64,000 nt of DNA, from NCBI RefSeq assembly GCF_963676685.1, contig NC_092345.1, forward strand, positions 69,502,001-69,566,000, in the 5' to 3' direction. This document shows positions 41,501 through 53,181 of the stretch, piece after piece (the stretch's first letter is position 1; each line of letters opens with the position of its first letter). The translations under genes and the position numbers were made by a program. The DNA is from Mytilus edulis (lineage: Eukaryota). Below the pieces are notes generated by a model that was given only the letters and a program-made list of their open reading frames with translations, made no database searches and was not told the DNA's origin.

Positions 41501-41501
41501 A
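26444..41501 (+). CDS. Claudin/PMP22-like tetraspan protein fused to a PARP (ARTD) catalytic domain; 5 exons: 26444-26678, 31523-31672, 32773-32931, 34468-35046, 41233-41501 (463 aa)
   Basis: Exons of 235+150+159+579+269 = 1392 nt give one open frame through four GT-AG phase-1 introns. The N-terminal part has four hydrophobic segments and a W-x9-GLW-x2-C-x7-CC loop motif. The C-terminal part has LFHGT, MFGRGIYAAE, KSDHY, REFITYE and YPEYIITY. Confidence 0.8.
27091..28758. mobile_element. TIR element (PIF/Harbinger-like, tentative) inserted in a dispersed repeat in intron 1
   Basis: TIR ATGCCCGCGTCACACT(GT)CCCGATTTTTA at both ends. It splits a repeat whose intact form is at 3870-4140. The TSD is imperfect. 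Confidence 0.7.
30240..30870 (-). mobile_element. Decayed CR1/L2-type LINE RT fragment
   Basis: Minus-strand remnants FADDS, ALARPHLEY, VQRRAT. Confidence 0.65.
31523..31672 (+). CDS. Exon 2 of claudin-PARP gene: TM2 and start of TM3 (this frame is not in the ORF track)
   Basis: TTTTTGCAG| acceptor; GWVKATIVFHIFGMFGGAVCLLFTIFTMCVSNFKFHTRVHHAIWISSALT; ACAG|GTATTA donor. 150 nt, homologous to and the same length as the exon at 425-574. Confidence 0.85.
32383..32560. mobile_element. Small GC-rich MITE with poly-G and poly-C tracts
   Basis: CCCGTAGCCAGG...CCTGGCTACGGG inverted ends. Confidence 0.65.
32773..32931 (+). CDS. Exon 3 of claudin-PARP gene: end of TM3, second extracellular loop, TM4
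   Basis: TGTTGCAG| acceptor; VFCLAISVGIFSANYHKESWLSGHYTSAGFHITVCACVVFLAICVAMLIFSFQ; CAGG|GTAAGT donor. Confidence 0.85.
33873..34347. mobile_element. ~470-bp MITE with ~65-bp TIRs in intron 3
   Basis: TCCGATCACTACAACTTTTATACAG...GTGGTCCGACTGTTTGA is inverted at 34281-34339. Confidence 0.7.
34468..35046 (+). CDS. Exon 4 of claudin-PARP gene: linker and N-terminal part of PARP catalytic domain
   Basis: ATTTTAG| acceptor in phase with exon 3; KVERIENPSL, NEHYLFHGT, GMFGRGIYAAECPTKSDHYT; donor ACAG|GTTATA. Confidence 0.88.
35245..40908 (+). mobile_element. Penelope-like RT fragment split by the LINE (35245-36069 and 40671-40908)
   Basis: QQTVGFPMGTN, FRYIDDVL, YLDLHL, TKLYDKRDDF; frameshifted. 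Confidence 0.75.
36070..40659 (-). mobile_element. L1/Tx1-clade LINE, 5'-truncated, ORF2 (APE endonuclease + RT) disrupted
   Basis: SLNVNGI, FLQETH, GGDFN, SRID and STDH (EN); KAPGLDG, NYRPISLLN, KAFDSLE* and QLSDDTT (RT); C-x2-C...H-x4-C tail. Poly-A (T17 at 36069-36085) and TSD GCTGGATTTGT at 36059-36069 and 40660-40670. Confidence 0.93.
41233..41501 (+). CDS. Exon 5 (terminal) of claudin-PARP gene: C-terminal part of PARP domain with catalytic Glu
   Basis: TTTTGTAG| acceptor; MIVVRMLLG, RPPCKQC, FDSV, REFITYE, SYPEYIITY, stop TGA. Confidence 0.88.
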
Positions 41502-42724
41502 TAACACGATATTTATGTGCAGAAATTTGACAATCTTAACATTATTATTTATGTTTTTGTTGTTACAGAAGTGTGAAATACTTTGTACAGCACTTGACTA
41601 CACAGTAAAGCATACGCATATATGCATAATTATTATCAGTTAAAGTAAAATACTGTTAGAATTGCCAAGTTTTCGAGAATGTCTTTTAATGCATTGTGAC
41701 ATTTACATAATTACCAGCCCACTGAAACTTATTATTTACACTTATATGGAGTATTTAAAAATGAACTTATACTAAAGAGTTAATTTGACCTGTTGATATA
41801 ATTTGTAATGCATTTTTTGTTATTTAATGTTTACTTATTTAAAGTTATATCTGGTCTCTATATGTTTGCCAGCTTTGATCATTGTTTAGTAGGACTATAA
41901 GTTTCCACTCCTGTTCTCGAACGATGAACACACAAATATTTCCGATTTCCATTACCTTACAAAATTAATTTCACCTACCGGTGTACACTATTCTATATAC
42001 TTTTTTTTTATGGTGATGCTTGCTTTTCTGAAACTGTTTAACATATCACCCCTTATTTTATTGATTTTGTATTTACATTGTGTCATAGATCCAATTTATA
42101 TGTTCAGTGTATATCCATTTGTTTTTGTTAATATGTTTTTGACTGAGTTAAGCCATTTCAATTGATATTTTATTGTTTGTCTTTCTTGTGATGTTACAAC
42201 ATATTTAGGTAAGGGTTAAGGTTGGACCTTTGAACGCGCTGCATTTGTTTGCACCTGTCCTAAGTCAGGAACCTGATGGTCAGTTGCTGTCGTTTGTTGA
42301 TGTGGTTTATAAGTGTTTCTCGTTTTATATAGTTTAGACCGTTGTTTTCCCCGTTTGAATGGTTTTACACTAGTAATGTGTGTCCCTTATAGCTTGCTGT
42401 TCGTTGTGAGCGACGGCATTGTGTTGAAAGCCGTCCTTTGAACTATATTGGTTTACTTTTACAAATTGTGACTTGAATTGAGAGTTGTCTCATAGGCACT
42501 AATACCACATCTTCTTATATATAAGAACGTTAATACTGAAACAACACATCATGTACAGTAAGTTATTGTACAATGACTTTTGAAGTGTTAACAAAAGTGC
42601 TGAAGTTATATATATTGTACGACTTTGCCCCCAGCAGAGCTAATTAAACAGTACAATAACGGGTGTTACACGGACACCTTTTTATCTTCATCTACACTCT
42701 AGTAGGATCCATAAGTACATTGAT

Positions 42725-43387
42725 AAAATTGAGAATGGAAATGGGGAATGTGTCAAAGAGACAACAACCCGCCCAAATAAAAAACAACAGCAGAGGGTCA
42801 CCAACAGGTCTTCAATGTAGCGAGAAATTCCCGCACCCGGAGGCGTCCTTCAGCTGGCCCCTAAACAAATATATACTAGTCCAGTGATAATGAACGCCAT
42901 ACTAATTTCCAAATTGTACACAAGAAACTAAAATTAAAATAATACAAGACTAACAAAGGCCAGAGGCTCCTGACTTGGGACAGCCGCAAAAATGCGGCGG
43001 GGTTAAACATGTTTGTGAGATCTCAACCCTCCCCCTATACCTCTAACCAATGTAGTAAAGTAAACGCATAACAATACGCACATTAAAATTCAGTTCAAGA
43101 GAAATCCGAGTCTGATGTCAGAAGATGTAACCAAAGAAAATAAACAAAATGACAATAATACATAAATAACAACAGACTACTAGCAGTTAACTGACATGCC
43201 AGCTCCAGACTTCAACTAAACTGACTGAAAGATTATGATTTCATCATATGAACATCAGGCACAATCCTTCCCGTTAGGGGTTTAGTATCATACCATCATA
43301 ACATATATGAGAAGAACATAACCCGTGTCATGCCAACAACTGTTTTTAGAATAAATGTGTTTAGTTCCGATGCAAAGACCTTATCAA
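42725..43387. mobile_element. Dispersed-repeat insertion present only in duplicate copy 1
   Basis: The paralog reads TAAGTACATTGATGACTTTA without interruption at 50321-50340. Confidence 0.65.
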
Positions 43388-44869
43388 TGACTTTACGTCG
43401 GCACATCGCAAATAGACCGTGACTTATTTAAGGAATGACTGTATTATTGTTTCTGTCTATTCGAAATAACATAAATTCATTTCTTATAATTTAATTCTAA
43501 ATTCTATTTTAAACCGTAGAAAACCATGAAAAAACGTTGACGACGTCACGGTCACATGACTTAATTATGTCTTTGGGCTGATAACAAAATAACGTCAGCC
43601 AATCATTACTTATTCATGACTTTTTTTACATAAATTGTCATCCTGCCTTTTAAACTTAAACTCCTACCCTGCCTTTTTTCTACTTCTATCGAAGCTCCCC
43701 TCCTCCACCCTATAAAAAAAAACTTCTATGCGACCGGTATTTTTGCCGAAATTCGTGAAAACTTTTTGTCTATTACGATTTCATACGGATTTTCCTTCGA
43801 TCGAAATTTTTTACACATGCCCATTAGCGCGTCTGGCGTAAATATAAATTTGTTATCCTGGTATCTATGATGAGTTTATTATTAGTTAGATCTAGGGTTA
43901 AAGAAAATGGATTTGCTTTCAAATAAGTTTTTTGTTGGTCCGATAAAAATTCAACTTCTTGATAAAAACAATACTTTCCTGAAAAAAACCCATTAAGATC
44001 TGCACCAATACAGTTTTTCGTATTAGATCTACAAAACGTACTGTATTCTTGAAAACAGTCGACCACCTTTTTGTATAAAACCGTAGATACTTTTATTTCT
44101 TTTAAGTTGGTTAAAATGTTTTATTATTTTGTCGCCCTTCAAACAATTAGACACCCTGTTTAAGTATTACTTGTTCCTTTCTGATTAATTATTGTTAAAT
44201 TTGTACAACTAAACTACATCTTTTTTCGTTCGAAAAACACATCAACCCAAGATTCTCTGCATATACAATAATCGAATTGTGGAATATTCGTATATTAACA
44301 CTGTTACGGAATAAAAAGGATTTAATGCCTTCATTTACCTTATGTAATCAGTAGTTGCATTGACAGATGATGGTAAAGATTTGACGAAGGTGAACACCAG
44401 GCAATTTAAGGGTTACCGATATGTTGATGCAGCCGCCATTCCACGAACGCCTTAATCGGCAAAGGAGCGACATATCTAAAAAGCCATTTATCTTAGTGAG
44501 CAAACTATTCAAACTGATGGACCAAACTTGGAATTCCTTGGATCGCATGCAAGTTCTAGAGATTAAAGATCATCGAACAGAACATTCACTGGAATAACGT
44601 GTGTGCCATATTGTCAATTTCAGACGATCCGGTACCTATTATGTTTGCTTGTTGCTTGTTCTCTTTAAACTCTAGTGATATGTACATATATTATAAGACC
44701 CTATACATACACTAATATATATCTTATATATATTCGTAAATGATGTTTCTTGTCTAGTCCACAATTGTTTTTTTTTATGCCGGAGGTCATGGTGAATCTT
44801 GAACATTTATTATTCATTTGACTTTCCTTCACCAGCCGAGATTTTATTAACGAAAAATAATTTAATTTT

Positions 44870-47800
44870 GCATCAACGAGAGAAAAAGACGCAATAGTGC
44901 AATTGATTAGTCGTACATGGAAACCATATTTGGCTGGCAAAGGTCGTGACGCGCAACAAAGGGGATATTCACAAATGAAAGTAGCCAAGGTCGAAAGAAA
45001 AGAAAATACATCTCTTTTCCTGAAGTATACTCAGAATAGACACGATTTACTTCGTCGTCTTGAAACTACAAATCGACCATTTAAATTCCCTGGAATGACA
45101 AAACATGGACCAATCGAAACAACGGCAAACATGAACAAGAATGTCTTTGCAGATAAATATCCTGAAATAAATGAACATTATTTGTTCCATGGTACTTCAG
45201 ATGCTACAGTCAGAGCTATTGCTTATGGTGGCCTAGATACACTTTTAGCAGGCGATGGTATGTATGGGCGAGGAATTTATGCGGCAGAATGTCCAACGAA
45301 GAGTGACCATTATACAGGTTATATTTTATTTTTCTCGTTTGAATTGTTTAACATTCGTAATTTCGGGGTCTATTTAGGCTATTATAGTTTGTTTTGCGGT
45401 ATGGGGTTTCTCATTGTTAATGCCGTACGGTTACTTATAGTTCCTTACTTCTTGTGTCTTAAGTAGAGAGTTGTCTCATTTGCAATCATACCACATATTC
45501 CTAGAGTCTAGACATAGATACAAGTATCTTGTCTTGGGAAGGGATAAATCATACCTTGTAAAGAATCACTCTGATTCAAACAAAAAATTCTCTGAAACTG
45601 AAATTATCAAGATGCTTGATTCTGACAACATATTTGTTACGTTTGGAGGACGTATTTTTCAACAGACTGTCGGAATTCCAATGGGAACCAATTCTGCCCG
45701 TCTTCTTGCCGACTTGTTTCTTTATTATTATGAGACTGACTTTATTTAGTAACTTTTAGGAAAAAAGATAAGCAGATGGCAATATCCTTTAATTTTACGT
45801 TCCGCTATATAGATGATGTTCTCTCACTGAATAATACAAACTTTGGTGACTATGTTGAACGAATCTATCCCATCGAACTAGAGATAAAGGATACTACAAA
45901 TACAGTTAAGTCTGCTTCATATCTTGACTTGCATCTAAAAATTGATAATGAGGGTCGGTTGAAAACAAAACTTTACGACAAAAGAGATGATTTCAGCGTC
46001 CCAATTGTGAACTTTCCATTTCTATGTAGTAACATTTCATCAGCGCCTGCATACGGAGTATATAGTTTCCAAATTGATACGATATTACCGGGCTTGTATT
46101 TTCTATCATGATTTCCTTGATAGAGGATTGCTGCTCACAAGGAAGCTATTAAACCAAGAGTTCCAAATGGTGAAGTTGAAATCATTCCTTCGTAAATTTT
46201 ACGGACGGCATCACGAGTTGGTTGACTGTTATGAAAAATCGTTTTACAGATGATATCGGATATGTTCCTTATGTCGTAACTACAATACCCTTCCCTCTTC
46301 ACGAATGTGACCCACCGAATAAAACTATTTGCTGGATTTGTAATAACATAAGCAACACGACGGGTGCCACATATGGAGCAGGATCTGCGTACCCCCCCCG
46401 GATCCCATTAGATCACCCCTAGTTTTGGTGGAGTTCGTGTTGCTTAGTTTTTAGTTTTCTACGTTGTGTATTCTGAACTTTTATTTGTGTGTTTGTCTCT
46501 GCCATGGCGTTGTCAGCTTATTTTAAATCTATGAGTTTGACTGTCCCTCTGGTATCTTTCGTCCCTCTTTCCTATTTTCACATATTTAGATATCAACGAA
46601 AAAATATGTTCCATGTCATTTTTTTCTTCTTACACAAATCCTATCTGTTTGTCATCATTTAGACCAGAGCCTATAGATATGCAAAATTTTATGCATTTTT
46701 CAAAATACGTTCGTACCTGTTACAGTCAGGCATTTTATATATTGACTAATTTTTGGATGCAATTTACAAACTGCATAGAAAAATTTATAAAAATGAAACG
46801 TTCACAAATCTGAACTATTGAAATTATCGAACAACGGAACAGTTTTGCTTCTGTTTGAATTTTGATTTTTCAAAAATTTCAATTGTTTAAAAAACAGTAT
46901 AACAAAAATGCTCAAAGACAAGATCAAAGGGGAAATCTATAAAAACTGAAAACATCAAACGCTGTCAATGAACTGAACAAGTCACGGGAAAACAACTGCC
47001 GGATAATCCTGACTTGGGACAGAGATTTTTATAACTACCTAAGCCTCCCTCCCACTTGTATAACAATTGTGTATAGTTCCGTTATGTTGACAGACATAGG
47101 TAAGTCACACAAACAGACATGATAGGTATAAATGTATCACAAATAGAGAATTCTAATATGACGTGCTTCTTTCGCTTTGTGAATAAACCCATGCTATAAA
47201 TCTAATAAAATTTGTTTGCACATGCGTATATTGACTACTGCAAAAATAATAAATTTTATCAAATTGTCATGCATTTTATATATTTCCTTAATTTAACACT
47301 TCCAAACTCTTAAATGATGCACATGTTGTTACTAATTCATTAGTTATTACTGTAATGTGTTGCATTTGGAAATTGACATATTTTATATGACAACCGTTCA
47401 TGCTGGCTTTTCAAACACCTCCATCTGAAAAATCACATTGCCAGTCGTTTGCTGGTTTACAAACAAAAAAGGGAGGTTCATGGAAGAGCATACACAAACA
47501 CGCTACACTTATAACAATCTGACATATAAATTGCCCTAATTGTCCTAATCAGAATCGAAATAATTGATCCAAGCTAATACTTTATTGTAGTTTTAACATG
47601 GGTAGGCATTATATTCGTGTTATTTTAGCCCTCACTATCGCTCGGCCAAAAATAATCACGAATATAAGGCCTACCCAAGTTAAAACAACAATAAAGTATA
47701 GCTTGCATCAATTATTCCTTAACTAGCAACCAGAACTATGTAAACATACAAGGCAACTGACTATAAAAATTTCAAACAAACATACAAATCAACGGTGTGT

Positions 47801-48950
47801 GAATGTTTCCAGCAACGCGTCACGCGGAGGAAAAACAATTATCTAAGCTACATGTAGTTCTAAAATCTGAAAGAACCTTCTTGGTGCCTGTAAGTTTAGA
47901 ACTTGCTGAATTCTAAACTTGCTGAAACGAGTTAAGAACTTTTTGAGGTACCTTGCTGATGGGAATAAATGAAATGAAGATGAACAACTTCTGTCGTGCT
48001 TCTAATTGTCAATCAAAACAAATACCCATTATCTTCCCTACTTGTATTTTTAAACATAGTAAATTTTTTAATTTGCTAGATTTGTTCATAAACAAAATGA
48101 AAAATAAAATTGGCACTGGCCCTTTTTTTTGAAAATGTTTTTTCTGACCAATTCATTTCATTAAATCATTTAATCCTGATATAATAAAATTTAGTACTGA
48201 TTTTTGACAAGTGTTACATTCATACGTACCATCATCAGGTTGTTGTTACATTCATACGTACCATCATCAGGTTGTCTGCAAATTGATATTATACAATTAA
48301 AGCCTTTGTATGAGGTCCGATATAGCATAATATTGACCTCAACCAAAGGCCATAACTGTTATTTCATTAATCAACAACTATATCATGAACAATGCAAATT
48401 TAGAATTTTCTAGAATATATTTGTTGTAACAAGCTACACGTATATATTGTGAAATGTACTGTTTTTAGTAATTTTTGGTTCATTTGGATAAATCTTCTTT
48501 CTTTCATGTAATTTGAGGGACTGATATCCACCTTTTTAATTTCGATGACCGTCATGCTCCGATCGGTTAGCGATAGAACGATTATACTTCTATCAAATTT
48601 TTTAAACTGACTGTAATGAATGATATAAAAGTTTGAACGGATATATTTACTCATTGCATTAATATGTTCAATATTTTGTAGGTACAGCTATGTCTAACCT
48701 TAAAATGATTGTGGTACGCATGCTCCTAGGTGAAATTTATGTTACCAATGTTGCATACCCATTCCAAAGACCACCCTGCAAACAGTGTATACCTGGTAAT
48801 ATTGATACGTGTAACAATTCGGCTCATAAACAGGACATGTTTGACTCTGTCATGGCGGCTCTTGATGGAAAGCATAGAGAATTCATAACTTATGAACAAA
48901 ACAGATGTTCTAGTTATCCAGAATATATAATAACTTATAAAAGAGAATGA
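44870..48950 (+). pseudogene. Tandem duplicate of PARP exon 4 (5'-truncated, 44870-45317) and exon 5 (48682-48950)
   Basis: Homology starts abruptly at 44870, equivalent to 34599 in mid-exon, with no acceptor or upstream exons. Substitutions include ERIENP>ERKENT, DARL>DTLL and MFG>MYG. Confidence 0.8.
45516..46570 (+). mobile_element. Penelope-like RT fragment, uninterrupted duplicate copy
   Basis: GIPMGTN, FRYIDDVL, SNISSAPAYGVY. Carries the empty LINE target site at 46331-46341. Confidence 0.78.
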
Positions 48951-49400
48951 TAACACGATATTTATGTGGAGAAATTTGACTATCTTAACATGATAATTTA
49001 TGTTTTTGTTGTTACAGAAGTGTGAAATACTTTGTACAGCACTGGACTACACAGTAAAGCATACGCATATATGCATAATTATTATCAGTTAAAGTAAAAT
49101 ACTGTTAGAATTTGCCAATTTTTCGAGAATGTCTTTTAATGCATTGTGACATTTACATAATTACCAGCCCACTGAAACTTATTATTTACACTTATATGGA
49201 GTATTTAAAAAATGAAATTGTATTCATACATTGAAATGTTCATTAACTTTTTCATTAATAATATATTAAGAACTATTTCAGTTCCGATTAATCTACAAGT
49301 AACTAAAAAGTTAATTTGACCTGTTGATATAATTTGTGATGCATTTTTTGTTATTTAATGTTTACTTATTTAAGTATAACATTAACGGTGCCAGTTTCCT

Positions 49401-49444
49401 GCACCAGATGCGCATTTCGACAATACATGTCTCTTCAGTGATGC
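49401..49444 (-). ncRNA. Type I hammerhead ribozyme motif
   Basis: GCAUCA-CUGAAGA-GACA(UGUAU)UGUC-GAA-AUGCGCAU-C-UGGUGC: intact core, stems I and II pair, palindromic stem III, AUC cleavage site. Confidence 0.8.
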
Positions 49445-49755
49445 TCGTAGCCAAAATATTTGAAATCCAAAGCTTATATAAAAAATTAAGAGCTATAATC
49501 CAAAAGGTCCAAAAAGTATAGCCTAATCCGTGAAATGAATCAGAGCTTTGCATGAGGGAGATACATTCCTTAATTTATAATGATTTCTAACAATTTGTAA
49601 CAGCAAATTTTAACAACACAAACATCCGTATTTTCATGCCGGTACCAAAGTACTGGCTTCTGGGCTGGTGATACCCTCGAAGACTAACAGTCCACCAGCA
49701 GAGGCATCGACCCAGTGGTAGTAATAACATTAACGGTAACGGTAACAATTTTCCT

Positions 49756-49799
49756 GCACCAGATGCGCATTTCGACAATGCATGTCTCTTCAGTGATGC
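49756..49799 (-). ncRNA. Type I hammerhead ribozyme motif (second unit)
   Basis: Same as 49401-49444 with one change in the stem II loop. Confidence 0.8.
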
Positions 49800-52700
49800 T
49801 CGTAGCCAAAATATTTGAAATCCAAAGCTTATATAAAAGATGAAGAGCTATAATCTAAAAGGTCCGAAAAGTAAAGCATAATCCGTGAAAGGAATCAGAG
49901 CTTTGCATGAGGGAGATACATTCCTTAATTTATAATGATTTCTAACAATTTGTAACAGCAAATTTTAATAACACAAAAAATCCGTATTTTCATGCCAGTA
50001 CCGAAGTACTGTCTACTGGGCTGGTGATACCCTCGGGGACTTACAGTCCACTAGCAGAGGCATCGACCCAGTGGTAGTAATAACATAAACGGTACCAATT
50101 TTCCTGCACCAGGTGCGCATTTCGACAATACATGTCTCTTTAGTGATGCTCGTAGCCAAAATATTTGAAATCCAAAGCTTATATAAAAGATGAAAAGCTA
50201 TAATCCAAAAGGTCCAAAAAGTAGAGCCTAATCCGTGAAAGGAATCAGAGCTTTGCATGAGGGAGATACATTCCTTAAACGGACACATTTTTATCTTCAT
50301 CTTCACCCTGGTAGGATCCATAAGTACATTGATGACTTTACATCGGCGCATCGCAAACAGACCGTGACTTAAAAGGTTACACTTCTGTTTTAATAGCAAA
50401 AATTAGAAATATGAAGTAAATTTTATTATCTTAAAATCATTTTATACGTTTTTGTTGTTACAGTAAAGCGAAACTATTTAGCACTGAACTATACAGTGAA
50501 GTATACGCATTCATGCATATTAAAAGTTGAATAACTGTTAGAATTTGCCGATTTTTCGAGAATGTCTTTTAATACTCACTATGTATATATATTATTACTT
50601 AGTGTTCAAATGTATGCACGTTTTTTACTAGTCATTCATGACTTTGTTTACATTAATTGTCATCCTGCCTTTTTCACTTAAACTCCTACCCTGCCTTTTT
50701 TTCTACTTCTATCGAAACTCCCCTCCCCACCCTCATAAAAAAAAAACTTCTATGCGACCGATATTTTTGCCGAAATTAGTGAAAAGTTTTTGTCTACCAT
50801 GATTTCATACGGTTTTTCCTTCGATCGAAATTTTTACACATGCCCATAAGCGCGTCCGGCGTTAATATGAATTTGTTATCCTGGTATCTATGATGAGTTT
50901 ATTATTAGTTAGATCTAGGGTTAAAGAAAATGGATTTGTTTGCAAATAAGTTTTTTGTTGGTCCGATAAAAATCCAACTTCTTGATAAAAACAATATTTT
51001 CCTGAAAAAAAACCCCGTTAAGATCGGCACTCATACAGTCTTTCGTATTATATCTACAAAACGTACTGTATTCTTGAAAACAGTCGACCACATTTTTGTA
51101 TAAAACCGTAGATACTTTTATTTCTGTTAAGTTGGTTAAAATGTTTTATTATTTTGTCGCCCTTCAAAAAATTAGACACCCTGTTTTAGTATTACTTGTT
51201 CCTTTCCGATTGGTTATTGTTAACTTTGTACAACTAAACTACATCTTTTTTCGTTCGATAAACACATCAACCCAAGATTCTCTGCAAATACAATAATCGG
51301 ATTGTGGAATATTCGTATAGAAGAAGATATCATTCATAGTTAACAGCACTGTTACGGAATAAAAAGGATTTAATGCCTACATTTACCCTATGTTATCAGT
51401 AGTTGCATTGACAGATGATGGTTACAATTTGACGAAGGTGACCCCATGGCATTTTACGGATTATCGATACATTGATTAGTTAATGCAGCCATTCCACAAA
51501 CGCCTCAATCGGCAAAGGAGCGAAATGTCTAAAAATCCTTTTATCTCATAATCTTAATAGCATGTGTTCAATATTGTCAATTCCAGACAATCCGATACCT
51601 ATAATGTTTGCTGGTTGCTTGTTCTCTATAAACTCTAGTGATTTACACATATACCTGAAGACCCCATACATACTCACATATCTCATATATATTCTTAAAT
51701 GATGTTTCTTGTCTAGTCTACAATGGTTTTTTATGCCGGAGGTCATGGTGAATCTTGAACATTTATTATTCATTTGACTTTCCTTCGCCAGCCGCGATTT
51801 TATTAACGAAAAATAGTTTGACTGTTTAATCAATTAGAAAAAGATATTCCTAACCTATTAAATATTAAATATTTGAATTAAAATATCATGCAACAGTTTT
51901 TTTTCTCATTTAATTTGTACAATTTTCCTTAAAAGGATCGGGTTTTTTTGTCTATTGATTAACTTTTTTTTTCACATATAAAATGAAATTTGTTGAAATT
52001 TAACTTTTATAATTTTCCAATTCAATCTGTATAACCACTCTTTTTTATTTGAGTAGACTAATTTTTATTTAAATTCATCATTTTATATCTTTATGCTCTA
52101 TTTTATAATCAACATGTACATGATTCAACACTTTTTAATGTGTGACAGGTGCATTAATTCTGGGAATAGAATTGACGTCAAGGGGTAAAGTCTGCAACTA
52201 CATATGTAACGTCCCGCAGATAGTGACGTTTTGCGGGAATTCGAACGCTTAACGTTGCGCCAAAAGTTAACTCCCTTGAAACTGTATCGGATGCCCTAAA
52301 CTAATGTAAATATTGGCTTTTATTTGAAGAACTGGAACCCATGACTTCAAACTCAATCATTCATAGGGGAAATTACTGAAGTAAAATGAAATCAAAATAT
52401 GAAAAATTACTTAAATCTTACAACTAATGACCGTAACTCTGAAACGGCAAACCAGATAAAAATCCGAATTATAAAGTAAAGTGTTGGTGCAATCAAGGCA
52501 TGCTGGAGTAAGTTGTCGATATGTGAAAATGCATTAATTGTAACAATCAAGTCCTATACTCTGAAGGTTAACAAATTTCAGTTAATGTTTGAAGTATTAT
52601 CAGTATACACATTTCTCTAAACTGAATGTTTACATTAAGTAACAATGTACACAAGTAGGAGATATAGTTTTAAAGCTGTTGATAAAATCTGTTTCTGTCT

Positions 52701-53067
52701 TTAAGGAGGGAAAATGTAATCTTGTGCAGTTTATCATAAATAGTGATAAAATCTGTTTCTGTCTTTAAGAAGGGAAAATGTAATCTTGTTTATCATAAAT
52801 AGTCATCATAGATTCAAGACGCACAAGACTCATCAGAAGCGCTAGAATCAAAACAGCCAAATCAAAATTGACAACAGAAGTTCAAAAAGTTGTGCTATTG
52901 CCATCTATGCGTAGAGAAAAAATTAAGTGTTTTGAATTATTTTTACACAGCTATTAACAGGTCAGGACGGATAGGCTTACTTTTCGGCTGGTAATAACCA
53001 ATCTATCTCATTTAATCAAAAACTGAGGGAAATGTGATCGAAATGTAGAAAAAATGATTTTCTTCAG

Positions 53068-53181
53068 ATGCTGAAAGCAGTGATTCCAAACCCGACATTT
53101 TCACTCAATCGAAAACAATCACATACTATCCAGAACGATTACAGTAACAGTAAACCGAAAGGCTGGACAAGGTTTAGAAAG
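53068..53181 (+). pseudogene. Frameshifted orphan copy of the 62644-62753 exon
   Basis: MLKAVIPNPTFSLNRKQSHT... with 4 extra nt. The three upstream exons are missing from this duplicate. Confidence 0.7.

Larger units (their letters stand above)
49379..50278 (-). repeat. ~350-bp tandem repeat (about 2.5 units), each unit with a hammerhead motif; retrozyme-like
   Basis: Motif copies start at 49401, 49756 and 50106 (spacing 355 and 350). Absent from the paralogous region after 41840. Confidence 0.85.
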
